Assembly (NCBI GenBank): GCA_051294905.1
Contig: CM119383.1
Span: 2,852,001 to 2,916,000 of the forward strand
Direction of reading: 5' to 3'
Origin: Botryllus schlosseri
Lineage: Eukaryota
DNA length: 64,000 bases
Shown: positions 48,501-60,875 of the stretch, piece by piece
How positions within the stretch are numbered: position 1 is the first letter of the stretch
Layout: each line of letters begins with the position of its first letter
Made by a program: the position numbers and the translations under genes
Notes under the pieces: model-generated
What the model saw: the letters and a program-made list of their open reading frames with translations, nothing else
Databases searched by the model: none
What the model was told of the DNA's origin: nothing

Positions 48501-51500
48501 TCTCCAAGTTTTTGCGAATGCAGGAATTCTAACCTAATTTGAAAAAAAAACTATGTAGCTATAATTATAGAATAATTATTCGGAAAAGCTGTAAATTTCC
48601 CAGTTGTCCAACTCTGGAAGTGAGGGCACTGCACAACGCCGTAACTTCCACGCCTCTTCAAGTTATTTCGTAACACAACATTCGTCATCCGAGCCGGGAA
48701 TTCGGGATCGTTTTGGGGATCGAAACATTCCAGAATCAATCGCTCAATAATTCTTAGCGACACCATATTCTTTTTGTACCAGGATCATGAAGAATACAAC
48801 GAAACTGAATACGTCAACGTTACAACTTCCATTACTGACACTGTATTCTACATTCGAAACCTACGTCATTACAGAACGTACGCTGTGGTGGTTCAGGTCA
48901 AAAACACAGAGGGAACAACGAATGCGGAAGCTGTTCCTGGCTGGACCAGTCCCGGAAGTATGCTCAACGTAACCAATGTTTAGTGAAATGATTTCCAATA
49001 ACTATGTATAATAAAGCACCATTGGAAATTTATGGAAAAGTAGCTGGAATCACATCTGATTCTGCAGAAAATGAATGGTCTTGTCCGAACGATTTTTGAA
49101 CTAATGACCTTTCATGCAAACAAACCTTCTGTATGTCTCACAGTACCTCGCGCTGTTGATGGATTCAGTGTAATTGCAACTGCGACTCAAATCAATATCT
49201 CATGGATCCCTCAATCTCCTTCTGTTGGGGAAACGACATACGACCTCAAACTTACAAACGCTACCGCCAATTGGATGAATTCTACCGACGTTACAACGTT
49301 CACGTTTACGGACCTGATGCCGTACACTAACTACAGCATCACAGTAAGCTGCATATTAATTAACATCAAGCTACGCTCAGCGATCTATTCTACTTGCTAA
49401 ACAAAATTTTATGTATCATAATTATTAGTCACCCGTTATTAGATTTAACTCAACATCTTAGCGGCGACCACGTTTTGTAATAATTCACCCTGTGATAACA
49501 CACAGTAGTTATTCCTGCAATACTAACTCAATATCGAAACGGGCATGATTGTCATTGTAGTTGATGTTTATCAGTACAGCAGATAGGCTATGGGTAGGTA
49601 GACAGTAGATACGTACCTATCGTTTCATTTTATCTTGTGGTGCTTTGAAATGATAAAATAATATATAAAGTGAATAAAGTGATACTGATACACGACCGTG
49701 TACGCCTTTGTAGCCTAATATTTTCGCGTATGTCGTGTTTAGATCAGTGGTTCTTGACCGCCGGTCCGCGACGACTTTTCTGCCGGTCCGCCGGGTGAAT
49801 AACAATTTTATCCCTTAATTTCAAGATGCAATTTGTTTAAGGCTTTCGATTGCTAAATTAAATAAAATGTCAAATTTTAAACACATTCAAAACTTCGTGA
49901 GGTAACATTGGGTCTGGAAAAGTATTTGATTTGACTTGAAGTTCAATCCGTGTCATTTGACGACATGCAAGCGACCAGTACAAGCTGACTCACTAAAACG
50001 TACAGTTTGCGCGATTATTCGTTTTCGATCAATTCATTTTGTGCGGGACAGTAACTGCCACACCCCAAACCCCCCAATTCGACCGGGGCCGAGCTTGACG
50101 GGGGCCCAAATTATTCGTGAATGAACATAAATTATAAAGTAATTTTTGAAACTTTATCCAACTTTTTCAATTGTTTTCGCGATAGTGTCGCAAAATTTCT
50201 TCATTATCGGGTGCGCTTCACACAAGAAATACGCTTAATTTATATAAATAGTCATTTCGGCATCAGCCATTACCGCGCCACGACGCACCAACACATAATG
50301 AAGTTTAGGCTAACATAAGTAGGCTTACCATATTTTGGAAATCTAAAAAGAGGACACTTTTTCAGAAATTTGCAACTTGCAAAACCGGAATACAATTCTC
50401 AAAAACCGGTGAATTTCTCCCACTTTGCGATCGGTTGACTAAAAAAAAAAGGTCATCTTTCCCGCTCACAGCTCAAAATACCGTTTTTCTCTCCACATTG
50501 CCAGGTGGATGACTGAAAAAAAAAAAAAAGTCATCTTTTCGCTCAGAGCTGAAATCACCGTTTTTCACTCCGAAATACCCGCGGGAGCGTCAGTTCTGTG
50601 CTAATTTGCGGCATATCACTCGCATTTTGCTCTAAATCTGACCTAAATTTTCAAAAAAGAGGACAAAATCTCAAAAAAAGGATAAAAGGGCGTCCTCCGA
50701 GGACACTTTCAAAAAAGTAAAAAAAAAGGACAAATCCTCTTAAAAGAGGACGTATGGTAAGCCTAAACATAAGACTCCGAAAAGTGTGGAAAAATTCGGC
50801 AGCGAGAAAACCTTAGCTGAAAACGACTGCACTTTTTGAACGAAAATTGCGATATATATATATATGTATAATTTTCCATCGACGCCTAAATGGTTGGCGT
50901 CGAATGTTACTGTCCTGGCAATCTGTACCCCACAGGACCAATGCCATACCACAGAGAAAATAATTTGACAGTGAAGAAGTAGCAATTTTGAATCGTGTTC
51001 GTCTTTTAGTTTAGAACGCTTCGGCGATTTCAATATCTATTCAAAATATAACAGACAGTAGGTCACAAAATAAATACACCCAACGAAGTAACTATTCCAA
51101 CTGGCCCGCCCTAACATGTTTTACTATTAACTACACGCCCTTAATATTCCAAGACGACTCCTCATTCAGCTTTACCCGAAAATCTTCTTATGGGATAAAA
51201 AATTTATAGTAATATATATGCATTGCAATTACCAATACTATGCAAATACCAATATTGTTGACCGATTCAGTCACGAATTATAGAAAATTTTCCCGCTCGG
51301 TGCGATTAGGTGACAAAAACTCTCTGCCTGCACTGAGTAGAATGAATATACTCACAAGTACTAGTGGAAACATCCACACAACTGTGGGGTATTGGGGGCT
51401 GGGGCCAAATCCCCAGGTGTTTGGTTTATCGCCCTATGGGGGGCCCAAGACCAACGTGAGCAAGATAGTACGATAAGGTGCTTGGCTCGACTCCGAAACA

Positions 51501-54500
51501 CTTCTTCTCTCGCTATTGTCGAAAAGTAGAATATTATTCGAGTGTGATCGGTTAAATCCATTGCCTTCTGTGCGAAAGACTGTAAGCGACTCTCGGCGGT
51601 AGCACGTTGGTTTGGGCAAGGCAATTTTACCTCGACTCAGCACAATCAATACCGTAAAATCACATGGATGTCATCAAGAACATAATTAAGTACGATCAAA
51701 ACCCTCAAGATGTCACTCTCTATCACAATATGCTTGCAAAAATGGTTGTATACGTTACGTTTTGGGGTGATTTCAATTTCTGAAGGTCCATCGGTCCGCC
51801 AAATATTTTTGGAAATTTTGCCGGTCCGCCAACGGTCCGCGAGGTGAAAAAGGTTGAAAGCCACTGGTTTAGATCATGATTCGTGGACATGGACATTGTT
51901 AAACAATAGCTCCGTGAAATTTATAATTATCGCATGAATTCCAAGGACCTCAGTTATCTCACAATTGGGCGTTATTTCAAGGTTACGGCGAAGACAAATG
52001 CCGGGAGCGCGGGACCATTTCTGAAAACCATTGAGACCGAACAGTACATTCCTAGTCGACCGCGAAATCTTTACGTTTTTCCGTTTAGTCCCGGTAGCAA
52101 TGTCTCGGTCAAATGGGAAACACCAGAATTCCCCAACGGCATAATCATCGCTTACACGTAAGCTGTCATACTGTATTTACAACTGTTGTTATGCTACCGA
52201 AATACCATGAAATTGTGTCTATATCCATTATTTTACCAGCCTAAAGGGGAGACGGGTCTTCCCAAGTTCAATAGTATACCAGATGATCTGAGCACTAATA
52301 CGTTCTCTAAGGGTGTCTCGACTTCATTGGTGATACTGTTATGTCTAGCCACCCGTCTATACGGTGTTTACTTTATCAAATTTCTGTTAACTGCATTTTT
52401 ATAATGTATTTGTAAGATTTAACAAATAAAAGATTCCCTCTCTCTATCCGCGAGAGTTGCACACTATTTATTCAGTGTGTATATACAGTGGTACATTGGA
52501 GTATTCGGTTGTATTAAGTTTGTGGCTAATCGATACCGAATTGAAAAACTCAAATTTAATATCAAATATAGCCTAACAATATGTAAATTTTGCAAGTCGT
52601 ATACGTTAACAGCCTGCCATTAACAGTTCCGAATGGAATGGATTGTGACAGGATCGTGGAAATAGCGTTGTCATTCTAGCCAGACATCAAAATTCATGTG
52701 TTGCAATATTGGCGCTATTATTCCATGATCGTGAACAGAAACTGTATATTTTCACATATCAGCAGTGGCCGGTATCGGATAATACTGATAAATATGAGCG
52801 TTGCGGTTCAACGTTGCGGTTCGAACCAAAGCGTGGGTTTTGGATCTGATTCGTCGTTTTGATTTTAGCCATACTTAAATATTGAGACAACATCCCACAG
52901 ATGCGAAATGGGCATACGGATAAACTGCCTCGATGCGACATTACCTAACGTCAATCTCAACAATGTGGCACAGCTAAGGTTGTGATTTACTAACAGAATC
53001 AAAGGTGTTAGCTTCGTGAAATCTATGTACAGACTAATCTTATTGCGTGACGTAATACTGTACGGTTGGATACGCTGTAAGCATGCTGGGTATTCCAATT
53101 CACGTACCGTATGTTTAATCAGGGTAACATGGTGGCCAGGAATAAGCCACAATGTCACCAATACCTCCTACGTAATTCAAAACTCGGGGTGCAGAACAAT
53201 CAACTCAATCAACGTAACAGCTTGGACTGAAGTGGGTCACAGTGACACCGCTAGCGCACCTGTTACCAAATCGCAGTCCGGTAAGATCGTGTTATATTGG
53301 TAGGTTAGCAACGCGACTAAATTACATATCTTCAGAACCATGCAGTCAAAGAGATCCCTTAAAGTTCGAGACGCTGCTTAAAAACTTTGCGTCTGGTGGG
53401 ATGTGTTTACCTTGCGATTTCGCAAAGCTTCAAAATTCTACGAGCACAACTGTCAGAGACAATTTGACATGCACTGAAACTTTGGTGATAGGATTCTACG
53501 GTATATCCTGTCCAGAGGTGATGGGAGCTTCTAAATTTGCTGTGGCCGAAATAGAATCAAACACCACCGAATTGAATCATTATATTTCCACTAAACACAC
53601 TTTCGTGGAAGGTACTCAAAGACGCAAGACCCTCATCCCCCCGGTCGACAATAAACTAGTTTCAATCAGCGTTTTGAATCCGGAACAGCAAGATTCCACT
53701 GGACTCATTACTTTTTCGTATGCTATCGACTATGACAGCGTGTTCAGGAAATATTCTTACGACTTATCGTTCGATACAAGCCAAGAAGGATTGCTTCGCA
53801 CATCGTACAGATACTCAAGTCACAAGCCAGTAGGAGTCTATCTTCGGGAAGATTTGATATTTGATACTTACGGAATTGAGTGCAATGATCGTGGAGGTGT
53901 GGTTGAATGCGTCAGCAATCATACAACAGTATTCGCTGTCTTGCTTTCGGTGGAAACGATTGCGATACCAAGGAGTTTAAAGGTGAGTCAAAAATTGGAA
54001 ACCCTGTTCCCTGTTGATATGCACCGCAAACACAACATGTACAATTAGGAATATAAAATAAATGAATTCTTTATCTCGGAATCAAAAGCGCACAAGTACG
54101 ACACACGCGCGTCCACGTCGTCCAAATATCACATGATCGACCGAAAAGATCATCGCTCCATAAAATATGCCGAACGTGTATCCCGCCGGCCATCCGACAG
54201 TCGACGAGCGTGTCCACATTCAAGTCGAAATACAAGCAATTACTACTACATAAATACAGTCCATCTTCAAAATTACCGGACCACGACTGACCTATCGATC
54301 TTGCTTCCCATAACATGCCGCCGTATTCTTGTCGCTTTCTTTTTCAATACTGTCTTCTTTACTTTCATTCAGTGTGCATGCCTCATATTTACATTGCCTA
54401 GGCCAAGGTGGGTGTCCGATTCCATAGACTACTCCAAGTCACTTCGACATCTTCCTGTCTATTCATTGTATCGCATTTTTTGTGGTGCATTGAACTGTTA

Positions 54501-56604
54501 AAATTGCTAATAAACCAATGATGATGATGATGATAAAACCAGGATTAAAATTTGAGACAACGACGTCATAAGGGAGACGATGACGTCAGAACTTCCAAAT
54601 CCAAAATTGGTCGGAACAGCTTTTTTCTAGTATATCACCGTCAGCGATTTTCTACGCAACTCATCCCACATAAATAAGATAAGAAAAGGTTTGAAGTATA
54701 ACCAAATGAATATAGCTTTAAAATCAACTTTACCGAGATGCTGTTGTTGCTCGGTGCCGTTTTGAGTTTACACTTTGTTTACAGATCTTCGCGGTTGTCG
54801 CTGAATCCACATCAGTGTTCTTTCTATTCATAACTTTCGTGATACTACTGAGGGTCAGGAAACGAACCGGCGGAGAACGAATTCCCATCCAGATAAACCT
54901 ATCAGTGTCTTTGTTGCTTCTACATTTCTGGGTGCTATGGGGAGATATCGCATTGGAAATACCGGATTTCTGCAAAGCCATCGGGGTTCTCACTCATTTC
55001 TTTCTGCTTTCGTCAGGTATGGAACCATGTTTTGATATACGAAAAGTTGTCTAAAATCACGTGGTTCATTAGCCTAACGCACTAATTTCATCACCAAATC
55101 CAGTGGTGCTGAGTCTTACTATGAACGCTGACGGTGATTGTTAATATAATGAGACTTACTTTTCCTCTGTCACTCAGCGTTTTGGATGATGAACGAAGCC
55201 AATTTGCTATTCTTCAAAACCAGTAAATGGGCGGCTACGTCTACGAAACGCAGCAAGATCGTTGTCGTTACAATGTGTATCGGATGGGGAATTCCGTTTA
55301 TAATAGCGGGGATAACTGCAGCAGTCGGCTTCGGTCGAGGAGTGTACATGGAAAAAAGCGACTACCTGACGCACGAAGATTATGAAAAAGTGTCTATTTC
55401 CAAACAAGGACCGCAATACAATCATTGCTTGCTGAGCTCCAAAAACGGAACGCGTCTAGCCTCTATCATACCAGTAGCAATTATACTCGCATACAACCTT
55501 GTAATGGCAGTGAGAGCCGTGATATTCGTTCACACTAAGCGGGCAGAAGTCAAAAAGTACATGCCGTCCAACCAGGATGAAAAGACCAAGAGTAAAATGA
55601 TCTCGGAAACTCTCGACAACGTATTGCATTTACTGAAAGTGATATTTCTGCTTCTTCCGGTGCTTGGGGTACCGTGGATCCTCATACTATTATCAAGTGA
55701 GTTGCATATCATTTGCGAGCAATGCAGCTAAGGCGGCCTACTCAAATTACGAAGACTTGTCTCTATAATCACGGAAAGAAGAAAAATGGTCCACTCCGAA
55801 TAGCCTTATTATACGACTCTGTGTATACTTATAGTTGCGTAGTCCGGTGGAAATAAAACCTCAAATTCTTACTTAGCCGCAATAGAGCTGTTTCCAAGTC
55901 AAGCGAAAGATAAAATCAAACTGATGATCAGTGTAGATTGTGGAGATGCGTGACAGACTTTCGGTACCAATCGCCAATGACAGATTTCAAAATTGCAAGA
56001 TTCAAATTAGCGACTATATAATAGCCAAGAAGAAATGATGGTGCGACAAATAGGTAGGCCTGCAATGTTAGAAAATTACAACCCGTTAAAAATAACTACT
56101 TTGACTCCCACAAGCAATTGAGAACTCCAAAAAATACAGATATTGCTATATTGACTGCCTTTTATACTTTGGTTCCGTATATCTAGCATCACACACACGA
56201 TAACACCATGTATGCTATAGATTGCCATCGTGTCATACGATCTGACATGTAATATTGCGTACATATTTTATGTTTATAGACCTAGCTGAGTTATCATGAT
56301 GCGCGATTTTTTAACAGATTGGGGAAGCGAATCCATACAACTGAGCTTCCTATACGTAAACACTTTGGTGAGTGGATTGCAAGGAGTGTTCATATTTCTG
56401 ATTTATTGCGTTGCCGACACCAAAGTGCGGGGTGCTACAAGGAAATCGATCGCTACTCTCAACTCTATGTTGCCGAGCATATCCGATTCTCGATACGGTA
56501 TTAGCAAGCAAAGGCGCGCTGGAGGAAGTACCGACTTTATAGTGGAGTCAGGTGGTTCTGCGTCCCGTACTGAGACGAGACACAGCTCAACGTCGACACG
56601 TTGA
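34241..56604 (+). CDS. Adhesion-class GPCR, ~1362 aa: SP-EGF-like-FN3-FN3-CUB-like-EGF-FN3x4-short GAIN/GPS-7TM
   Basis: 20 phase-consistent GT-AG exons: 34241-34310, 35067-35183, 35319-35497, 35799-35928, 35991-36175, 39464-39599, 39751-39946, 45026-45180, 45282-45395, 45461-45561, 45783-45975, 46662-46780, 48783-48957, 49144-49343, 51982-52157, 53123-53280, 53336-53982, 54785-55016, 55178-55696, 56318-56604 (4089 nt). FN3 motifs GLEPYTPY, GLSPFTNY, DLMPYTNY, PSRPRNL...VKWETP. EGF DDCASSPCLNDGICID. GPS-like CVSNHTTVFAVLL. Family-B-like TM motifs THFFLLSSAFWMMNEA, GWGIP, LLPVLGVPW, GLQGVFIFLIYC. The first exon (MLKDGVFVIIAISCAEG) is the least certain. Confidence 0.92.
36460..36540 (+). repeat. 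(GAT)n tract, probably the tail of an extremely 5'-truncated LINE
   Basis: About 20 GAT units preceded by aaattgctaataaacca, the same 17-mer that precedes the (GAT)n tail at 54501-54534. Confidence 0.8.
36803..37919. mobile_element. hAT (Buster-like) MITE in an aGPCR intron, hosting a palindromic MITE
   Basis: TIR cagtgcttct(t/c)aacc at both ends. Flanks gttttgag / gtttaaag (6/8). Confidence 0.75.
37390..37612. mobile_element. Palindromic MITE family A (~220 bp hairpin)
   Basis: Arms ggctgacactcgtcaggggtaatcgtcagcaac..gtagagaat and its reverse complement. Single arms at ~1410-1492, ~4430-4512, ~10912-11005, ~14615-14700 and ~16292-16370. Confidence 0.82.
41070..41601 (+). mobile_element. 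MITE family B, full length
   Basis: TIR cagggttgtaa / ttacaaccctg. Perfect TSD gcgtatgg. Confidence 0.92.
41610..42804 (+). mobile_element. Family C hAT element (inner copy)
   Basis: TIR cagaggtctcaaac / gtttgagacctctg. TSD gcgtatgg / acgtatgg. Confidence 0.88.
43432..44307. mobile_element. hAT (Buster-like) MITE
   Basis: TIR cagtggtcgggaacct / aggttcccgaccactg. Perfect TSD ctatacag. Confidence 0.92.
46150..46560 (+). mobile_element. Degraded LINE: reverse-transcriptase fragment plus 3'UTR remnant
   Basis: 46155-46290 reads YLTVRHEMVSIFNNSSSPHLITCDVPQGSV then frameshifts, matching the CR1/L2 RT motif YLxxRxQxV...GVPQGSVLGPxLF. 46360-46520 resembles 54290-54430 (gccaaggtgggt). Confidence 0.7.
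46453..46494. mobile_element. 42-bp palindromic micro-element, same family as 33496-33536
   Basis: cagatatatctagaact...agttctagatatctctg. Flanks tagctaag / gagccaag (6/8). Interrupts the LINE 3'UTR remnant. Confidence 0.7.
47015..48162. mobile_element. hAT-type MITE
   Basis: TIR caggggccggcgacc vs caggggtcggcaacc with gtgcca subterminal motifs. Flanks caataggg / aaatgggg (6/8). Confidence 0.72.
49745..51866. mobile_element. 2.1 kb hAT (Buster-like) element hosting a family G MITE
   Basis: TIR cagtggttcttgacc vs cagtggctttcaacc, with ccggtccgc motifs at both ends. Perfect TSD gtttagat. Confidence 0.88.
50320..50765 (-). mobile_element. MITE family G, nested
   Basis: TIR taggcttaccata / tatggtaagccta. 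Perfect TSD aacataag. Confidence 0.9.
54085..54534 (+). mobile_element. 5'-truncated LINE (CR1/L2-group-like): ORF2 C-terminus, 3'UTR and (GAT)n tail
   Basis: AHKYDTRASTSSKYH...RSIKY then, after a frameshift, TFKSKYKQLLLHKY, matching the HxYxTR...SIxY...FKxxxKxxLL ORF2 terminus. Ends aataaaccaatgatgatgatgat. Confidence 0.75.
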
Positions 56605-56940
56605 AATGAATTGCGATGTCTATCATTTTAGTGAGAAAAAAATCGAAAACCTGTCTTATACTTACGAAAGCATGTTATTATTTCTAATTATACGGTGTAT
56701 TTACATATTTCAGATATTATTAATATGTTCCGCTGTATTGTATTGATGATGTTGTTCTACTTTTACCAACATTCAAGGTCTATCGAAGTTTATGTACTCA
56801 ATTTTATGAAAACGTTCTGTCTCATTTTTCGCACATAGCGCTGTGCGTCGGGCTCACATGCAATCATCATTAAATTTATCAACTTGCTGATATTTGTTTT
56901 AACGTGAGTGTGGTATAATGTATATGTTTGTATATACTAT

Positions 56941-56946
56941 AATAAA
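56941..56946 (+). promoter_or_regulatory. Candidate polyadenylation signal of the aGPCR
   Basis: AATAAA about 340 nt after the stop codon, just before the 57040 element. Confidence 0.5.
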
Positions 56947-59172
56947 TACAATACAGAGAAATCTTACTGGCCTATCTTGAGTACTAGGGAATAGTAGACG
57001 CTATGAAAACATCTGGAGCACTGGCGTTGGCGTGTTAGTGGGAGGTGGTCAGTAACGAAGTACTTCTACTTTTTCGAAGTACTTGAGTAGTTTTCCTATA
57101 CTTCTGGTACTTACTCAAGTAGATCTGATTTTCGCTACTTCTACTTCTACTTCGTAATATTTTGTGATCTACTTACTTACTTTTCGCTATTTTTAGTTTG
57201 TCAAGTAGAAGTAGTTTAATCCTCCAACGGGAAGATAGGCTGAGGAATTTCGGGGCTGTTTTCACGGAGCATCGATATTTAATTTTCATAAAATTTGAGT
57301 AAAGCCCAGAATTTTCGTCGCGCTTCGCGCGCAGGCTATACGGGTTAGCCAGTATGATTTCACGAAAGTGTCAGTGAATATAATTTAGGTAGGGGATTGG
57401 CGTGGTTCCGTTCACACCGCATTGTCGCCCTTCGCAATATCAAATATTTCATCACAGTATATAATATTACGGCTCATCAGAACGTTTGAAACTGATGTTT
57501 CGCAATCTAGCATTTACTTATCATATCGTAATCTAGCAGTCCATGGCGTGTCCTAATCTGAAAAAGTGGATTCTGATTTTTTTTAGTTTTGAAACTGTTT
57601 TAGCATACCAACCTTCGAAACTTTCTGGACTAAAGTCATGAAGTATATGTTCCGATTTTAGAAGTAGTATTTACATTATATTTCACTTTCAATTCACAGT
57701 ATCATGTACTTTGAGTTCTACTTAGTATCAGTTCTTTTGTATGAATAACATACATGTTGAAGTATAAAAGCAAGTGTGGTAATGCCTTTAATTTCTGGAA
57801 ATAAAGCTACACAGTATGGCATTTTTACGATCCACCATATTTTTTATTGATGTTTACTAATCGCGCAAATTGTTTACACCATATCTTATACAACTTCTCC
57901 GTATTCCTCTTCGACTAAACTATACAGGCCTTAATATGGGGAGGGCGCCATACCATGATATTTTCTAAAACGTGCTGTTCGAGTTAAAAGAGGAGCAGTA
58001 TCGCATTTCCTCAGACATGGGGTGATTACTTCATGAATGTAATCGATTGCGATTACGATTACTTCTGAATCACGCGATTACGATTACGATTACGATTACA
58101 GCAAAATCAGGAAGTAGTCGATTACGATTACGATTACATTGGAAAAGTAATCACGATTACTCACGATTACATTTATTTTGCTTCTTAGAACTAATCTTGC
58201 AAGATATATTGAAGACAATATAAGGATTGCGTCGAAAAGGCCTAATGAGATAACAACAACTTCCTCAATAAATGACGCGCTATTTGCTTGTTACGTCATA
58301 ATGTACCCATTGCCCAACTTAATAAGGGACGATTTATCGCATCAAACGATTTGCATTCTTGCCAGTTCCGTAACTGCCGCACCCCAAATTACTTAATAGG
58401 GTGGTGAGAGCGCTCGAAGGGGACTCAAAATTATTTGGTAAAACCAACATAAATTATAGAGTATTTTCGTGAGATCTGATTACCCTGAACATTTTTTTCG
58501 GGCTTCGCGATTTAAATGTCTTTTAATAACTTAATTTAGAAATGCATACATCTCACCCTCATGAAAAAAGTATGCATAATTTACAGGAATAAGCATTTCG
58601 GTGCCGGTCATTATACCGAGCCACGACATACCAAAAGACAAATGCAGTTTCGGCCAACATACCAGATGATATAATGATGAATTACGTGCCCTCAGTTCCA
58701 CTGGTAAATCTGACTATCGGGGGCTTAGAGAGGCCTAAAAATGAATAGTAATATAATGCAATTACTAATATTATTGACAATAATTCAGTCTTCAACTTGA
58801 GAATTGACCACGTTATTGGGGCCCACGACTAACGTTCGGAATGCGGGACGAATTGCTGTTTTGGTCCTTATTCTAGCTACAACCCACGCTATCATGGCAT
58901 ATAAGCGGATGGCCATGGCAGCAGGTTAAGAATTGCGAAATAACGATCGACGCCAGTTTAAGGTGTAGAGTCATATGAGAATAAGATAAAGTGACCATAA
59001 AATTCTGCCTTATTCTTAATGCGGATACTGCACGCTGCCGTCACGAGAAACGGCAAAGAACGGTTCGGTTATGATGTATATCAGCAGCTGTTGATTTTTA
59101 ATGCTTCGTTGTGGAAATTGTAATGTTTTATTTGGCGAGTACAAAATTTCAAATCTTTGCTCGGTGTGAGCT

Positions 59173-60875
59173 CGGATGGTGTGAGCCTCTGAAAGGTTCA
59201 GGTTCGTGTGAACGTGAACCTTTTTGAAAGTTACTGTGTGAACACGAACGTGAACCTCATGACGTCACGTGACGTCGTATTTCTAATTCCAACCCTACAT
59301 TTTAGTGAAGTTATAGCCTATATTAATGTACAACACGATACCAATAGCGATTACTCCGGCAACATAATGCCACTATGCTAAAGTACAAATTGACGTTTTA
59401 AACGTCGGCGGATGTTTCAACTATGGGGCAATCAAATGGTATATTATTCCCATAAAATCAATATCTTCCGTCGCTTTGCCAGCAATTTCGACGAGGACTT
59501 GCAAGGGAATATAAGCTTACGCCTTAACGGTCCAGGCCAGCCCGACAATGTATTCGCCGTCTGGGTATTGTGACGTTAATATTGAGCAGAGTGTAAAACG
59601 GGATTATATACTTGCTACCGATATTACCCCATTACCAAATTATACAGCAGTAGCCAACACCCCAATCCCGCGGATTTTGTTTTTATGGTACAATAAACAT
59701 ATGAAGTCAAGATTGACCACGTACACCTGCTAGATTTTTTACATTAGACAACGATATCAATTCCTTTGATTGGTCGAATAAGCATAATTCTCTGGCTATC
59801 ATGTAGTGCAGGGGTGGCAAACCTTTTCAGCCAAAGGGCCACATTTGATTGACGAACTATTGTGCGGGCCACTAGCCGCGCCATGCGCGAAAATTTTTCG
59901 AAGTTCATGGGTCAATAATGTTGTCACTTGACTATATTGCAGGCCTGTTGTATATCACTGGGCTCAGTTAGCAAGGAATGGACTATTTGGCACCTGGACG
60001 TATCGATATCGAAAGTTTCAACCAACATGCGTCAATCATTTTGTGCCTAGGTTTCATAGTCGACGGTCCTTCTGCGAGCGCGAACGCAAGGTCGCATGTA
60101 TTGAACGACACTTTGTCTCGTCATCGCGAATATAGTTAGACTCAATCTGATACATTAGGTGTTCTTTCATTTTCAGAAAGCGGGTAACAATATTAAAAGC
60201 AAGAAATCGAGTGACAGCATGTTGAGCGAAGCGTATAGAAAATTTTTACTTTTGATAAATCCATCGCAAATTATTCTGCTTTATTGTTGTGCACGAAGAT
60301 CTACCAAAATGTGACTGGCTCAGGGATCTGTCAATGCGTCGGAACTGATATTTTAGTCATCATAGCTCAAGTGTTGCGGCCAGACTAATCAAATTTTTGG
60401 TTGGCCTCGCAAGTTCACAATCTGTGCAATCCATTTTTTGATAATATTACTAATTTCGGAAATTACCGCGCGGGCCACTCAAAACCTTCTCGTGGGCCAC
60501 GGGTTGGCCGGCCCTGATGTAGTGCATCTCGCTATTGATGTTTTGTCAATGCTGGTCAAGCTCACAGCAGAGAGTCACTAAATATTCGCAAACGAGATGC
60601 TGGTTATTTCGAGCAAAATTTTTGAGATTCTCAAGGTGCATGCTCGTTTAGTGTTGATTTTTTTTTATGCTGCCAGCGCCATGCATTGAGTGGCCAGCAG
60701 TAAAAATGCAATAAATTTCAACCGAAGCTGTTATAATGAAGTGAAAACTGTAATATGTGAAAAAAGGTTTACAGCTCAGAACCTACAAAGGTTCGTTTGT
60801 GTACGTGAACATCTAAATTTCTGAGGTTGAATACACACAGAACGCGATGCGTGAACCTCACGTTCACACCATCCT
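59173..60875. mobile_element. Third-level nested element
   Basis: TIR (c/a)ggatggtgtga, with gtgaacgtgaacc motifs near both ends. No intact TSD. Confidence 0.68.
59809..60516. mobile_element. Innermost hAT (Buster-like) MITE
   Basis: Ends caggggtggcaaacc and gggttggccggccctg. Perfect TSD atgtagtg. Confidence 0.85.

Noticed and set aside
51434-51649. LSRGK motif suggesting a Buster transposase (WLSRG) inside 49745-51866
   Set aside because: A five-residue match without supporting context; could be chance.
52186-52404. ORF LFYQPKGETGLPKFNSIPDD looked like the next FN3 exon
   Set aside because: The donor at 52157 is phase 2, and every nearby acceptor gives an early stop. Exon 53123-53280 continues the frame cleanly.
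60180-60360. DWLRDL fragment suggesting a transposase remnant in the innermost MITE
   Set aside because: Too short and too degenerate to support.
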